NCBI GenBank assembly: GCA_963841735.1
Contig: CAWJDT010000005.1
Span: 64,001-128,000 of the forward strand
Source of the DNA: an uncultured Actinomycetes bacterium
GTDB lineage: Bacteria; Actinomycetota; Thermoleophilia; RBG-16-64-13
Length of the DNA: 64,000 bases
Reading direction: 5' to 3'
Below are positions 1-8,724 of the stretch, in pieces. Under the pieces are notes generated by a model. That model ran no database searches and was not told where the DNA came from. It saw only the letters and a program-made list of their open reading frames with translations. The position numbers and the translations under genes were made by a program. Each line of letters starts with the position of its first letter. The first letter of the stretch is position 1.

Positions 1-1563
1 CTTGGTCACGCCGCTCACACTCACGAAGTTGTTCTGCCAGGAGAGCAGTCCCAGAGCGTAAACGTGCTCCCTGTCGTAATTCACGAAGGCATCGAGGTTG
101 GCCTCAGACTGACCACCCTCCGCACTCGCGGCCGCCAGAAGCGCCTGGAACTCGGCGTCATCGAACCAGTTGGAGGTCGTGCCGTTGTAGCGATCCGCGG
201 CGTATATGAGTGCCCAGGGGCTGTAGACTTGCTCGCCGCCCGCGCTCTGATCAAGCAACATATCCCACGCGGTGGGGTCATACTTCAGCGTATTGTAGAC
301 GGCTTGCTCCACCGCGTTGATCTCGACGGTGATCCCGATCTCCTTCAGCTGGGACTGGATGACCTGAGCCATCAGCCCGGTCTTGGGATCGCTCATGCAG
401 AGCAACCTGGCGGTCATGCCCGTCGTGGCGCCAGAAGCAGCAAACAGTTCCTTGGCCTTCGCCACGTTGACAGGGTAGTAGTCCTCAGAATTCCACTTCT
501 CCAGATAGCCGTTGAAGTTGTGGTTGCCGATGGTGTGCGCAGTAGCATAGCCATTCTCGCCCGCCGCGGCCTTGCCCAGCGCATCCTTATCTACCGCATA
601 CGCTACGGCCTGCCGCAATTCCAGATTGGTAAACGGATTCCCCTCAGAACCGTTGAAATTCAAGCACTGAGTCAGGTTGTCAAGCTGCTTCGCAACCGCG
701 AACTTCGCGTTGCCATCGAAACGAGAAACGTCGGGCCCTGCAACTGACCCAGAAAGATCGACAGCGTCGGTCTCTAGGGCAACCGAGTGCTGAGCCGCCT
801 CAGTGATGACCTGGAAGACGATCTTGTCGACGTTGGTCACGGCATATGGAGACATCGCGGCCGCGTCGGTCTGCCAGTAGGCAGCGTTCTTCTCGAAGGT
901 GAGAGTGGAGCCGGGGACGTTCTCGGTCACCACATAAGCACTGGTGGAGATCGGGGTGGTCGCGAACTTGTCCGCGCTGGCTTCATAGGCAACCTGGCTG
1001 ACAATCGGGCACTCGGCGACGATGTCTTCGATGTCCTTGCCGCTTAGCGCCTTCTTGAACTTGAATTCCACTGTATAGTCGCCCGTGGCTGTAACCGTCT
1101 CGACATCCCCCAGCGGACGGAGAGTTCCCGCAGCCATCGCGGTGGTATAGCAGAAGGCGACATCAGCAGCCGTGATCGCGTTACCGGCGCTGTCCTTGAC
1201 GTTGTTGCGGACCGTGACGACCGCGCCCGTGCCATCAGCGCTCTCCTCGAACGATTCGGCGATAACGGGAGCCTCGTCAGAAAACAGGAACTCATACATG
1301 GTATTGAGCACGGCGATCCGGCCCATGCTCATGCCCACGAACGGTCCCAGATCTCCAGGATCAGCGGCGATGGCCACGGTGACCTCAGAGGAGCCTTCCG
1401 TGCTCTCGACAGTGGTGGCGGTGGTGTCACCGGTGCCGGGAACCGTAGTGGCGGGAGTGCCGCCGGTGGTCGTTGTGGTGTCATCGTTGCCGCATCCTGC
1501 CAAGACGGTGACCATCGTGACCATCATGACCAGGATCAGGAGGAACAGCAGATTCCTTTTCAT
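1..1563 (-). CDS. ABC transporter substrate-binding lipoprotein, family 5 (Opp/Dpp-like); 3' end runs off the window
   Basis: Absent from the ORF track because there is no stop in the window. Manual translation from ATG 1563 gives MKRNLLFLLILVMMVTMVTVLAGC (lipobox), a Thr-rich linker and SBP_bac_5-like motifs LTFEKNAAYW, VDKIVFQVI, ELRQAVAYAVD, AQVIQSQLKEIGITVEI. Confidence 0.88.
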   Translation of the reverse strand, partial: MKRNLLFLLILVMMVTMVTVLAGCGNDDTTTTTGGTPATTVPGTGDTTATTVESTEGSSEVTVAIAADPGDLGPFVGMSMGRIAVLNTMYEFLFSDEAPVIAESFEESADGTGAVVTVRNNVKDSAGNAITAADVAFCYTTAMAAGTLRPLGDVETVTATGDYTVEFKFKKALSGKDIEDIVAECPIVSQVAYEASADKFATTPISTSAYVVTENVPGSTLTFEKNAAYWQTDAAAMSPYAVTNVDKIVFQVITEAAQHSVALETDAVDLSGSVAGPDVSRFDGNAKFAVAKQLDNLTQCLNFNGSEGNPFTNLELRQAVAYAVDKDALGKAAAGENGYATAHTIGNHNFNGYLEKWNSEDYYPVNVAKAKELFAASGATTGMTARLLCMSDPKTGLMAQVIQSQLKEIGITVEINAVEQAVYNTLKYDPTAWDMLLDQSAGGEQVYSPWALIYAADRYNGTTSNWFDDAEFQALLAAASAEGGQSEANLDAFVNYDREHVYALGLLSWQNNFVSVSGVTK

Positions 1564-1642
1564 TTGTACCCCATCCCTGTGTTGTCTCTTCTTCCACTTC
1601 CTGCTTCTCTTCCGAACCTTCAGCGCTGATCAATCCAGGCTT

Positions 1643-2488
1643 TCACCCCCTTGTCTCGCAACTATCAGGCTGTCGGTCAAAGACGTACCGCACGTCGTAG
1701 CCGATGTGCGTCTCTTTGTAAGTGGAAACCCGCTTGAGCTCGATCTGGTGCATGATGAAGTCCTCGGGCCCGTCGGCGGACAAGGTCATGGGCTCGCCCT
1801 CAACGCCCGACAGGACGCGACGGGCGTTCTCGAGGCATTCCTCCACAACCGAGGCGTCCAGAAGACCCTCCCCATGACCCCAGCAAACATGGTCGAACTC
1901 CTTCCGGTGCACCAGCAGCTTCTCCATGTTCCTGGCGTACTGCTCGACAGTGGGCTGGGGTTCGTCTTGCTGCCAGTAGAGCATCACGAAGGGCGCCACT
2001 TCGTCACCGGTGAACAGGATGCGTTGTCCGCTGTCCAGAAACGCGACGCTACTGGGAGCGTGAGCCGGGATCTCGATGACCTCCAGAGTGCGACCGCCTA
2101 GATCGATCTTGTCGCCATCGGCGACGACCTTGATGGGATAGTCCAACGGGTACACCAGCCGTGCTTTGCTGGGATACGGGATCTGGGCAATCTTGGCCGC
2201 CTCTGCGCTCATGTAGGCGAGATCTAACCACCCGTTGCCGCCGGTATGATCAAAGTGGCCGTGAGTGTTGGCCGCCCACACGACAGGCTTGTCGGTGAGC
2301 GTCTGCGCGAACGCTCGGATGTTCTCCGTCCCGAATCCCGTGTCGATCAGAACGCCCCGCTCATCGCCGACCACAAGATACGATGTGGAGCCGTCGACAC
2401 GGATCAGCCACGTGTTCTGGCAGAGAGGTTCGGCTTTCCACAGGGTGTCCGACACCCCCGGCGTTTCTTTCGTCCCGTCAGAACTCAC
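1643..2488 (-). CDS. Metallo-beta-lactamase-fold hydrolase
   Basis: IDTG, THGHFDH (HxHxDH), PAH, FTGD and WGH motifs; GGGAGG RBS upstream. Confidence 0.88.
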   Translation of the reverse strand: MSSDGTKETPGVSDTLWKAEPLCQNTWLIRVDGSTSYLVVGDERGVLIDTGFGTENIRAFAQTLTDKPVVWAANTHGHFDHTGGNGWLDLAYMSAEAAKIAQIPYPSKARLVYPLDYPIKVVADGDKIDLGGRTLEVIEIPAHAPSSVAFLDSGQRILFTGDEVAPFVMLYWQQDEPQPTVEQYARNMEKLLVHRKEFDHVCWGHGEGLLDASVVEECLENARRVLSGVEGEPMTLSADGPEDFIMHQIELKRVSTYKETHIGYDVRYVFDRQPDSCETRG

Positions 2489-2523
2489 TCAATCCCTCCC
2501 ACATGGCCCACCTGTCCGCGCCT

Positions 2524-2602
2524 ACAGAATCGTGATTCGGTTCAACGCCAGAATACTGATTCGGTTACGAGTCTGTCAAGCCCAACCGAACATTAATTCT
2601 GT
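2524..2602. promoter_or_regulatory. Three pseudo-palindromic operator sites, probably bound by the adjacent TetR
   Basis: ACAGAATCGTGATTCGGT (2524-2541), CCAGAATACTGATTCGGT (2548-2565) and ACCGAACATTAATTCTGT (2585-2602); consensus CMGAAY-N4-RTTCKG. Confidence 0.72.
2550..2579 (-). promoter_or_regulatory. Housekeeping-sigma promoter for the MBL hydrolase/ABC unit
   Basis: Minus strand TTGACA (2579-2574), 18 nt spacer, TATTCT (2555-2550). Confidence 0.7.
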
Positions 2603-2866
2603 CTGCCTCGGATGGCCAACCTCCCGCGCCCGCCCAAGGTCACAAGAGCGAGCCCGGGAGCCACCGAGCCCAAGAGCGGGCATAGGGCCGATTTGCCGTG
2701 GCGACGATCTCCCGAAGAGAAGTGGGGAAGCACAGAAGTGGAGACGCGGCTCTTCCGACGGAAGTCGGGGACGAGAAGACACTACGAACCGGCGTGGATG
2801 TCCGACGGCAAAGAGTGAGTCGATGGCCACAACCTAAGACTCCCCTTCTCGGAACGGACCGTCTAG

Positions 2867-3526
2867 CTAGTTGGACCCGTTGCCTCGCAGGAAGCTGCCC
2901 AGGGACAACTTGAGTTGTCTGAATATGCCTTCATCCGTGACGCCGAAACGCAGCTCGCTGTCTGGTCCCAAGAAGAATAGCCTGGTGTTCATCACAGTCG
3001 CGCACATGGCGTAGGCCATGGCAACAGCCCCGTCTGGGTCTGGATGACCGATCTCCTCTCGATGACCCGCAAGTACCGCTTCTAGGAAGGCGCCCCTGCG
3101 TTCATGATCGTCCTCTCCGACTTTGCGTCGCATCACCGGGTCGAAGACCGAGAGTACTGTGAAGGCTCGAAGAAGCTCTCGCTCGTTGAGCATGTTATCG
3201 ATCAATATATCGACGCAATGGTCGACGGCTTCCTCCAGAGACTCCTCGACTTGTGCCTCTTCCTCAAGCGCTGCAAGTATGCGCGGCTCCAGTCGCACAT
3301 GCACGCGCTCTTGCACCGCGTGGATGAGTGCGGTCTTGTCTGAAAAGTGGTGGTAGAACGCCCCTACCGACAAGCCGGTGCGATCCAAGACCTTCTGGAT
3401 CGTGAAGAGATCGACCTCCTCCTCGCGCAGCTGGTCTTCGGCGGCTGCCAGAAGTCGCTCCAGCGTCCTTGCACCCGGCGGTCGCTGGGGCGGTTTACGC
3501 GAAGCGGGAGCGTCGATCTTTTCCAT
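2867..3526 (-). CDS. TetR/AcrR-family transcriptional regulator
   Basis: HTH FTIQKVLDRTGLSVGAFYHHFSDKTAL. Start moved to ATG 3526, which lies 7 nt after TATACT (leaderless layout). Confidence 0.9.
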   Translation of the reverse strand: MEKIDAPASRKPPQRPPGARTLERLLAAAEDQLREEEVDLFTIQKVLDRTGLSVGAFYHHFSDKTALIHAVQERVHVRLEPRILAALEEEAQVEESLEEAVDHCVDILIDNMLNERELLRAFTVLSVFDPVMRRKVGEDDHERRGAFLEAVLAGHREEIGHPDPDGAVAMAYAMCATVMNTRLFFLGPDSELRFGVTDEGIFRQLKLSLGSFLRGNGSN

Positions 3527-3533
3527 GTTGCTG

Positions 3534-3573
3534 AGTATACACAGGTTCTTTTGTAGCAGAACCAGAGTTCTGT
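3534..3573 (-). promoter_or_regulatory. tetR -10 element plus a fourth operator copy (autoregulation)
   Basis: TATACT at 3539-3534; GCAGAACCAGAGTTCTGT at 3556-3573 fits the same consensus and covers the expected -35 region. Confidence 0.62.
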
Positions 3574-3633
3574 CAGCGCTGTCCCACAGCCGGCCCGCGG
3601 GGACCAGGCCCAACTAGCTCTCGTGGCAACCTG

Positions 3634-4995
3634 TCAGTCCTTGATGACGCGCAGGAGTTCAAGCACCTTCTCGCACAGCAGCTCGGCCGAGCCACGAGCA
3701 AAAGGCGAGTTCATGGCTTCGTAGGTGATTCGGTCATACGAACTGAGGTCCGCCATGTACTTGCTGCCACCGTTGACCATCGTCAGGACCATTGTCTGGC
3801 TGAACGGCGACCGCTCTCTAATACTCCTTGCCGTCTCGCAACCAAGCTCCGGACGCAAACCTATCAGCGCGACTTCACCCAGCCTGGCGACCACTACCGG
3901 CTCTTCGCGCTCCTCTGACGGAACAAAAGCATACTGTCTGGTCGGACGAATCGGCGGGGTCTTCATCGTCATCCTCTGGCCCGGACACCTGACCACGCTT
4001 GTCTCAACTGCGATCGGGTCGGCAAGAGTGTGACACTTTGTCCTTTCGGAGATGTGCAGCACCTCTGCCCCCAAGCGGGCCCCAAGCATCTCGGCAACCA
4101 CAAATCCTCGTTCATCGATGTCTTTCACCCGAATGCGTCCGTCTTTGCCCACGTATTGAAACCTGGCTCCTTTCAATGAGGGAGCCTGATCGCCGGCCGC
4201 GCCCATGCAGAACATGGCCGTAACGACGTCACCATATTCTTGCTCCACAAAGCGGGAGGCCGCACCCGCCAGATCGGCGGTGACCAAGCGAGCGCCACCG
4301 GTCGTCGACGGTTGGTCCATAACCGATGGCTGCACACCGTAGCCGAATAGCAGAGCAATCGGATCGCCGGCCAAGGTCTCAAAACGAAGCACCGTCACAG
4401 ACTTGTCCGACGGGCCGGTCTCGTTGCAGCCAAGCCACCAACCGTCTTCCGTCCAAACGTCTCTGTTTACATTCACGTCGCAGAATCCGGTCTCGCAGCC
4501 AAAGCGGGCGTCGACCACTCCCAAGACAGCCCTAGAAGTCGCCCCCTCTACGGCGTCCTTGATTGCCTGGAACAACAGGTGATGCTTATCTTGACCCTCA
4601 GCGGTGTCGCACATGTGCTTGGGCATGACATGCGGCGCCGAAAACGTGTGCGTCACGCAGATCCATACGTTCTCCGGCGGCAGACCTGCCGCTCTACCCA
4701 CGATCTTCTGCAGGGCGGCGACCTGCTCTTGCGGAAGCGCGGTCAGCTCGATCGACACAATCGCCAACTTGTTGTGGCTCCCCACCAGAAGCACGCGAAC
4801 ATGTAGCAGGTCATGCACGCCGCATAGTCCCTCTATTGGGAAGAGCCCAGCCGGCAACTCGATTTCTGCCCGGCCGGCACCGGCACGTAGCACCTGCGCC
4901 TGGGCGGGCACGGGTTCGCAGTGGACAGATCCAAAATCGGAGCAAGAAATCGACATCAGCGTCAGCCTCGTAAGGTGCGACCAGTGTTGAATCAA
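3634..4995 (-). CDS. Neutral/alkaline ceramidase-like amidohydrolase family protein (start uncertain)
   Basis: LRAGAGRAEI, VHDLLHVRVL, ENVWICVTHTFSAP, VNVNR, D-SVTVLRF, VTADLAG and GAAGDQAP motifs typical of this family. Confidence 0.72.
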   Translation of the reverse strand: MIQHWSHLTRLTLMSISCSDFGSVHCEPVPAQAQVLRAGAGRAEIELPAGLFPIEGLCGVHDLLHVRVLLVGSHNKLAIVSIELTALPQEQVAALQKIVGRAAGLPPENVWICVTHTFSAPHVMPKHMCDTAEGQDKHHLLFQAIKDAVEGATSRAVLGVVDARFGCETGFCDVNVNRDVWTEDGWWLGCNETGPSDKSVTVLRFETLAGDPIALLFGYGVQPSVMDQPSTTGGARLVTADLAGAASRFVEQEYGDVVTAMFCMGAAGDQAPSLKGARFQYVGKDGRIRVKDIDERGFVVAEMLGARLGAEVLHISERTKCHTLADPIAVETSVVRCPGQRMTMKTPPIRPTRQYAFVPSEEREEPVVVARLGEVALIGLRPELGCETARSIRERSPFSQTMVLTMVNGGSKYMADLSSYDRITYEAMNSPFARGSAELLCEKVLELLRVIKD

Positions 4996-5217
4996 CCGTC
5001 ATGACCATCAATACTCTTGGCCATTCGCGGGGCGCTTCATCTTGCAGCACACGGTTGCGTCCGTCAAGTTGTGCGTGGCAAGGAAGCACGATTCTCGCTA
5101 ACCTGTCACAGTTGTGCATGTGCATCCACTCTCATCGTGGAGTTCGACCGTCGGCGGGACTGCAGGAAACAGCAGGGGCTCCTTGAGCCGGCGGCAATAT
5201 AGGACACGGAGGACGAG

Positions 5218-5619
5218 TTGAACAACAAAGTTGTGGCCCGGTTTGCCGATGGTCGAACGATCAAGGGCACAACGATAGACTTCGTCCCCGGCAAAGACGT
5301 TATCCACGTGACCGAGGCGAACAGCCCGCCAGATGCCGCGCCCATTGCGATCCGCATGCGGGAATTGAAGGCACTGTTCTTCGTGAAAGATCTGGTGGGT
5401 GACCCGCGCCGCATCAAGATTCGCGAGGCCGGCCCCACTCGACCCGCCGCGGGACGCAGGATCAAAGTGGAATTCAAAGACGGCGAGGTGCTGGTGGGCA
5501 CTACGACCGGTTTCCGGTACGGGCGCCCGGGCTTCTTCCTCGAGCCGTCCGACGACGGCGCGAACGAACAGCGCTGCTATGTGATGGTGGCAGCCACGAA
5601 GGACATCTCCTTCTTGTAA
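5218..5619 (+). CDS. Conserved hypothetical protein with two internal beta-rich repeats (DUF6982-like)
   Basis: KVVARFADGRTIKGTT and IKVEFKDGEVLVGTT repeats, LKALFFVKD, GFFLEP; GGAGG RBS before TTG. Confidence 0.7.
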   Translation: MNNKVVARFADGRTIKGTTIDFVPGKDVIHVTEANSPPDAAPIAIRMRELKALFFVKDLVGDPRRIKIREAGPTRPAAGRRIKVEFKDGEVLVGTTTGFRYGRPGFFLEPSDDGANEQRCYVMVAATKDISFL

Positions 5620-5653
5620 AGCCCTGGGAGGGCGCGGCGCCGGCAGTAGAGCC

Positions 5654-7363
5654 CTATCCGCCACCCTCGGAGTCGATGACCTCCTCCGTGGCGCGAGGCT
5701 CACGCCGACGACGGGCAATGTCGACCACTTCGCGGATCTCCGACATGCGCATTGCCCAGGCCGCCGCGCAGTAGCCCGCGCCTCCGGCCGCATAGGCCAA
5801 GCCCACCGAGAGGATCTGCGCCCAGAGGCTGCGGCCTAGAGCGGCGTCCAGCCCATACCAGACCCCGTAGGCCATCCCCCCAAGGGGGATCAGAGCCACG
5901 ATCGACCGCGCCGCCGACCAGGCCACCCTGCGCGCGTCCACTCCCCCAATGCGCGGACTGAGCAGGAGCATGAGCGCGAAGAAGTTGACCAGGCTCACGA
6001 TGGAGGTGGACAGCGTGATGCCTCCCACGCCCAACGGCTTGTACAGCAGCAGGTCGAGCACCAGGTTGAGCGCCAAGTTGAGCACCCCGGTTATCAGAGG
6101 CAGCCAGGGCTTCTGGATGCTGTAGAAAGCCCGGTTGAGAAGGGTGTTCACACTCACAAAGGCCATGCCCACGCTGAAGAACAGAAGAGCCGAGGCGATC
6201 AAATCGGTGCCGACGGGAGTGACCTTGCCGTACTGGAAGATGAGTCGCACCGTAGGAACGCCCAATACGGCGAAGAATGCGGCGAAGGGCAGAGTCACGA
6301 AGAAGATCTGGCGGAGACCCGTGGACAGATCCTCGCGAAACTCCTTCATCCGCTTCCCGAGGGCATGACGAGACAGCGCCGGGAACAGCACTGTACCTAT
6401 GGCGATGGCGAACACACCCTGCGGCAACTGAAACAGGCGGAAGGCCTTTTCGATGATGACCGGAGCCCCGAGATTACCGTCAAGATGGATACGCGTGGCG
6501 ATCATCGTGTCGATGAAGGAGTTGAAATTGATGACACCCAGACTGATGATGACCGGCCCGAGAAGAATGCCGACCCGCCTCACGTCGGGGTTACGAAGGC
6601 CCAGTCGCCAACGAGACGGTATGTCGGCAGCTCCGGTGGCCGCGTTGCCCCCGTCCCCCGAGGCCCCATCCACCGACATGCCTGGTCTCCAGCGGCGCCT
6701 CCAGACAGCCGGTATCTGTATGGCCAGCTCGACCACGGTCCCGGCGAACACCCCCCAAGCCAGAGCCTTCACACCGTACTTGGAGAAGGCGAGTACCACT
6801 CCGATGATGATCACGTTCCAGACGATTGGCGCCAGCGCAGGCATGGTGAAGTGGTCGTAGGAATTGAGGATGCCCATGAAGATCCCGGCGATCCCCAGGA
6901 TCACCACCGTGGGGAACATGATGCGCATGAGGTGCGCCATCAACGCGATCATCTGGGGGGTGTTGTAGTCGGACCCGCTGGCAAGCACTTTGATCACCTG
7001 CGGCGCGAAGATCATTCCTAGGATCGTGATGATGCCCAAGACGCCCGTGGCGACCACCGTCACCGTGTAGGCCACCTGCCAGGCTTCGCGACGCTGACCC
7101 TTCTGCAGCAGACCCGAAAACACAGGGATGAAGGCAGCCGACAGAGCGGTATCGGCCAGGAGGGTCCGAACAAGGCTGGGTATCTTGTTGGCCACGGTGA
7201 AGGCCCCCCCGGTATCGTTCTCCAAACCCAAGGAGGAGCCCATGACCACCTCCCGGACGAGTCCGAGCATCCGGGAGCCGGCGGTGGCCAGCACAAGAAA
7301 GGCGGCCGCCAAAGCCAGCCGCCTTTTCGCGCTCGTTCGAGTCGTGTCTGTTTCGTTGCCCAT
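5654..7363 (-). CDS. murJ: Lipid II flippase MurJ/MviN
   Basis: SRMLGLVRE, AFTVANKIP, LSAAFIPVF, RLFQLPQGVFAIAIGTVLFPALS; many TM helices; next to rpsT. Confidence 0.93.
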   Translation of the reverse strand: MGNETDTTRTSAKRRLALAAAFLVLATAGSRMLGLVREVVMGSSLGLENDTGGAFTVANKIPSLVRTLLADTALSAAFIPVFSGLLQKGQRREAWQVAYTVTVVATGVLGIITILGMIFAPQVIKVLASGSDYNTPQMIALMAHLMRIMFPTVVILGIAGIFMGILNSYDHFTMPALAPIVWNVIIIGVVLAFSKYGVKALAWGVFAGTVVELAIQIPAVWRRRWRPGMSVDGASGDGGNAATGAADIPSRWRLGLRNPDVRRVGILLGPVIISLGVINFNSFIDTMIATRIHLDGNLGAPVIIEKAFRLFQLPQGVFAIAIGTVLFPALSRHALGKRMKEFREDLSTGLRQIFFVTLPFAAFFAVLGVPTVRLIFQYGKVTPVGTDLIASALLFFSVGMAFVSVNTLLNRAFYSIQKPWLPLITGVLNLALNLVLDLLLYKPLGVGGITLSTSIVSLVNFFALMLLLSPRIGGVDARRVAWSAARSIVALIPLGGMAYGVWYGLDAALGRSLWAQILSVGLAYAAGGAGYCAAAWAMRMSEIREVVDIARRRREPRATEEVIDSEGGG

Positions 7364-7420
7364 GTGCGACCGCTATGCTAGACTGCTACGACTTTTAAGG
7401 GAAGACGGGAGGATTGTAGA

Positions 7421-7681
7421 TTGGCTAACACCAAACAGCAGCGTAAGCGGGTCCGCATCGCCCAGCGTCAGCGCCTGGAGAATCTGCGCTACAAGTCGTC
7501 TATCAAGACGCACTTCCGCAGCCTCACGGCCTCCATCGCCGCAGGTGAAGCCGAGACTGCTGCTGAAACGGCCAAGAAGCTGACTTCCACCATCGACAAA
7601 GCCGCCGCGAAGAACGCTATTCATAGCAACAACGCGTCGCGCAAGAAGTCGAGGGTGGCTCGGCTGCTCTCCCAGCTGTAA
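7421..7681 (+). CDS. rpsT: 30S ribosomal protein S20
   Basis: MANTKQQRKRVR...IDKAAAKNAIHSNNASRKKSR. Confidence 0.97.
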   Translation: MANTKQQRKRVRIAQRQRLENLRYKSSIKTHFRSLTASIAAGEAETAAETAKKLTSTIDKAAAKNAIHSNNASRKKSRVARLLSQL

Positions 7682-7746
7682 AGCACTCTCCCAGCCCCGG
7701 CGCGGACGCGCCGCACCCATCTCGCCTTGAGCCAGCGGTTGTTCTG

Positions 7747-8724
7747 TCACGCGGTCAGCAGCCGGCCTAGGCACAACTGCAGTTCGACCTCATCCGGGAG
7801 TGAGCCCATCCCTTTCAGGCGGGCATCGGTCTCGGCCAGCACGGCCAGCCTGCGCGAGATGCCGTCGGCTCCAAGTAGCGCCGCCTGCTCGATGAACTTG
7901 CGTACCGGATAGGGCTTCATCTTCAGCTCAGCCTGTATGGCCTCCGGCCTCATACCACTGTCGCGCATGGCGGCCACCCTGTTGAGATTCTGGAAGTAGC
8001 GGAGAATGCGGCCGAACAAGGCCTCTGTCCTCTCCCCCGACCCCAGCAGCTCCTCGGCGGAAGTGAAGGCTGCCGACCCCCTGCCCAGAGCCAGCGAATC
8101 GAGCAGATCGAAGATGCTGGCCTCGTAGGTGGGGGTGGCCAGCAACCGGATGTCGTCGGAGGTGACCCGGCGGCCGTCGGCATAGAGCTGCAGCTTCTCC
8201 AACTCGCGCAGAAGGATGTTCTGGTTGTTGCCGCATCTTTGCACCATGAGGCGGGCCTCAGCCAGACCCAAGTTCATGCCCAGACGGTTGGCGGCCTCGG
8301 TGACCAGCCATTGCGGCAGCTGTCCCTCTTTGGGCGCCTGATACTCAAGCACGTCTCCGTGCTTCTTGGTGGCCGCCCGCAGCACGTCTGCCGGCGGAAG
8401 CTTCTGCGCCACCAAAGTCAGGCAGGCATCCGGCGCAGGCGATTCTAGATACGCCGCAATGGCGTCCTTGTCGGCCTTCAGCCAGGCCTGCACACCGCTG
8501 ACCAAGACCAACCTCGTGCCACCCAAGAAGGCAAGAGTGTTCGCGGCGTTGACCACCACGCCCGCGTGATCCACCGCCGCGTCGAACTCCTCAATGTTGA
8601 TATCGCCGCCCGACTGCTCCGCGACCCGTGCCTTGAGCCGCTTCAGCGCGTGCTCCACTTTGGGTTCGTCGTCGCCCACGATCAGGTAGGCTGGCTTGAG
8701 AGGCGGTCGGGCTCTATCGCTCAA
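7747..8724 (-). CDS. holA: DNA polymerase III delta subunit
   Basis: AYLIVGDDE, RELEKLQLY, SIFDLLDS; comEC-holA-rpsT synteny. Confidence 0.92.
   Translation of the reverse strand: MSDRARPPLKPAYLIVGDDEPKVEHALKRLKARVAEQSGGDINIEEFDAAVDHAGVVVNAANTLAFLGGTRLVLVSGVQAWLKADKDAIAAYLESPAPDACLTLVAQKLPPADVLRAATKKHGDVLEYQAPKEGQLPQWLVTEAANRLGMNLGLAEARLMVQRCGNNQNILLRELEKLQLYADGRRVTSDDIRLLATPTYEASIFDLLDSLALGRGSAAFTSAEELLGSGERTEALFGRILRYFQNLNRVAAMRDSGMRPEAIQAELKMKPYPVRKFIEQAALLGADGISRRLAVLAETDARLKGMGSLPDEVELQLCLGRLLTA

Noticed and set aside
64-2101. Plus-strand ORFs 64-747, 787-1047 and 1172-2101
   Set aside because: Antisense shadows of the minus-strand binding-protein and MBL genes; no motifs of their own.
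2524-2602. Short repeats considered as a mini CRISPR array
   Set aside because: Only 18 bp units with a 6 bp gap, mixed orientation, overlapping a promoter, and no cas genes; better explained as operators.
2604-2866. Small ORFs or an ncRNA between the operators and tetR
   Set aside because: No RBS-supported ORF with recognisable features and no identifiable RNA motif.
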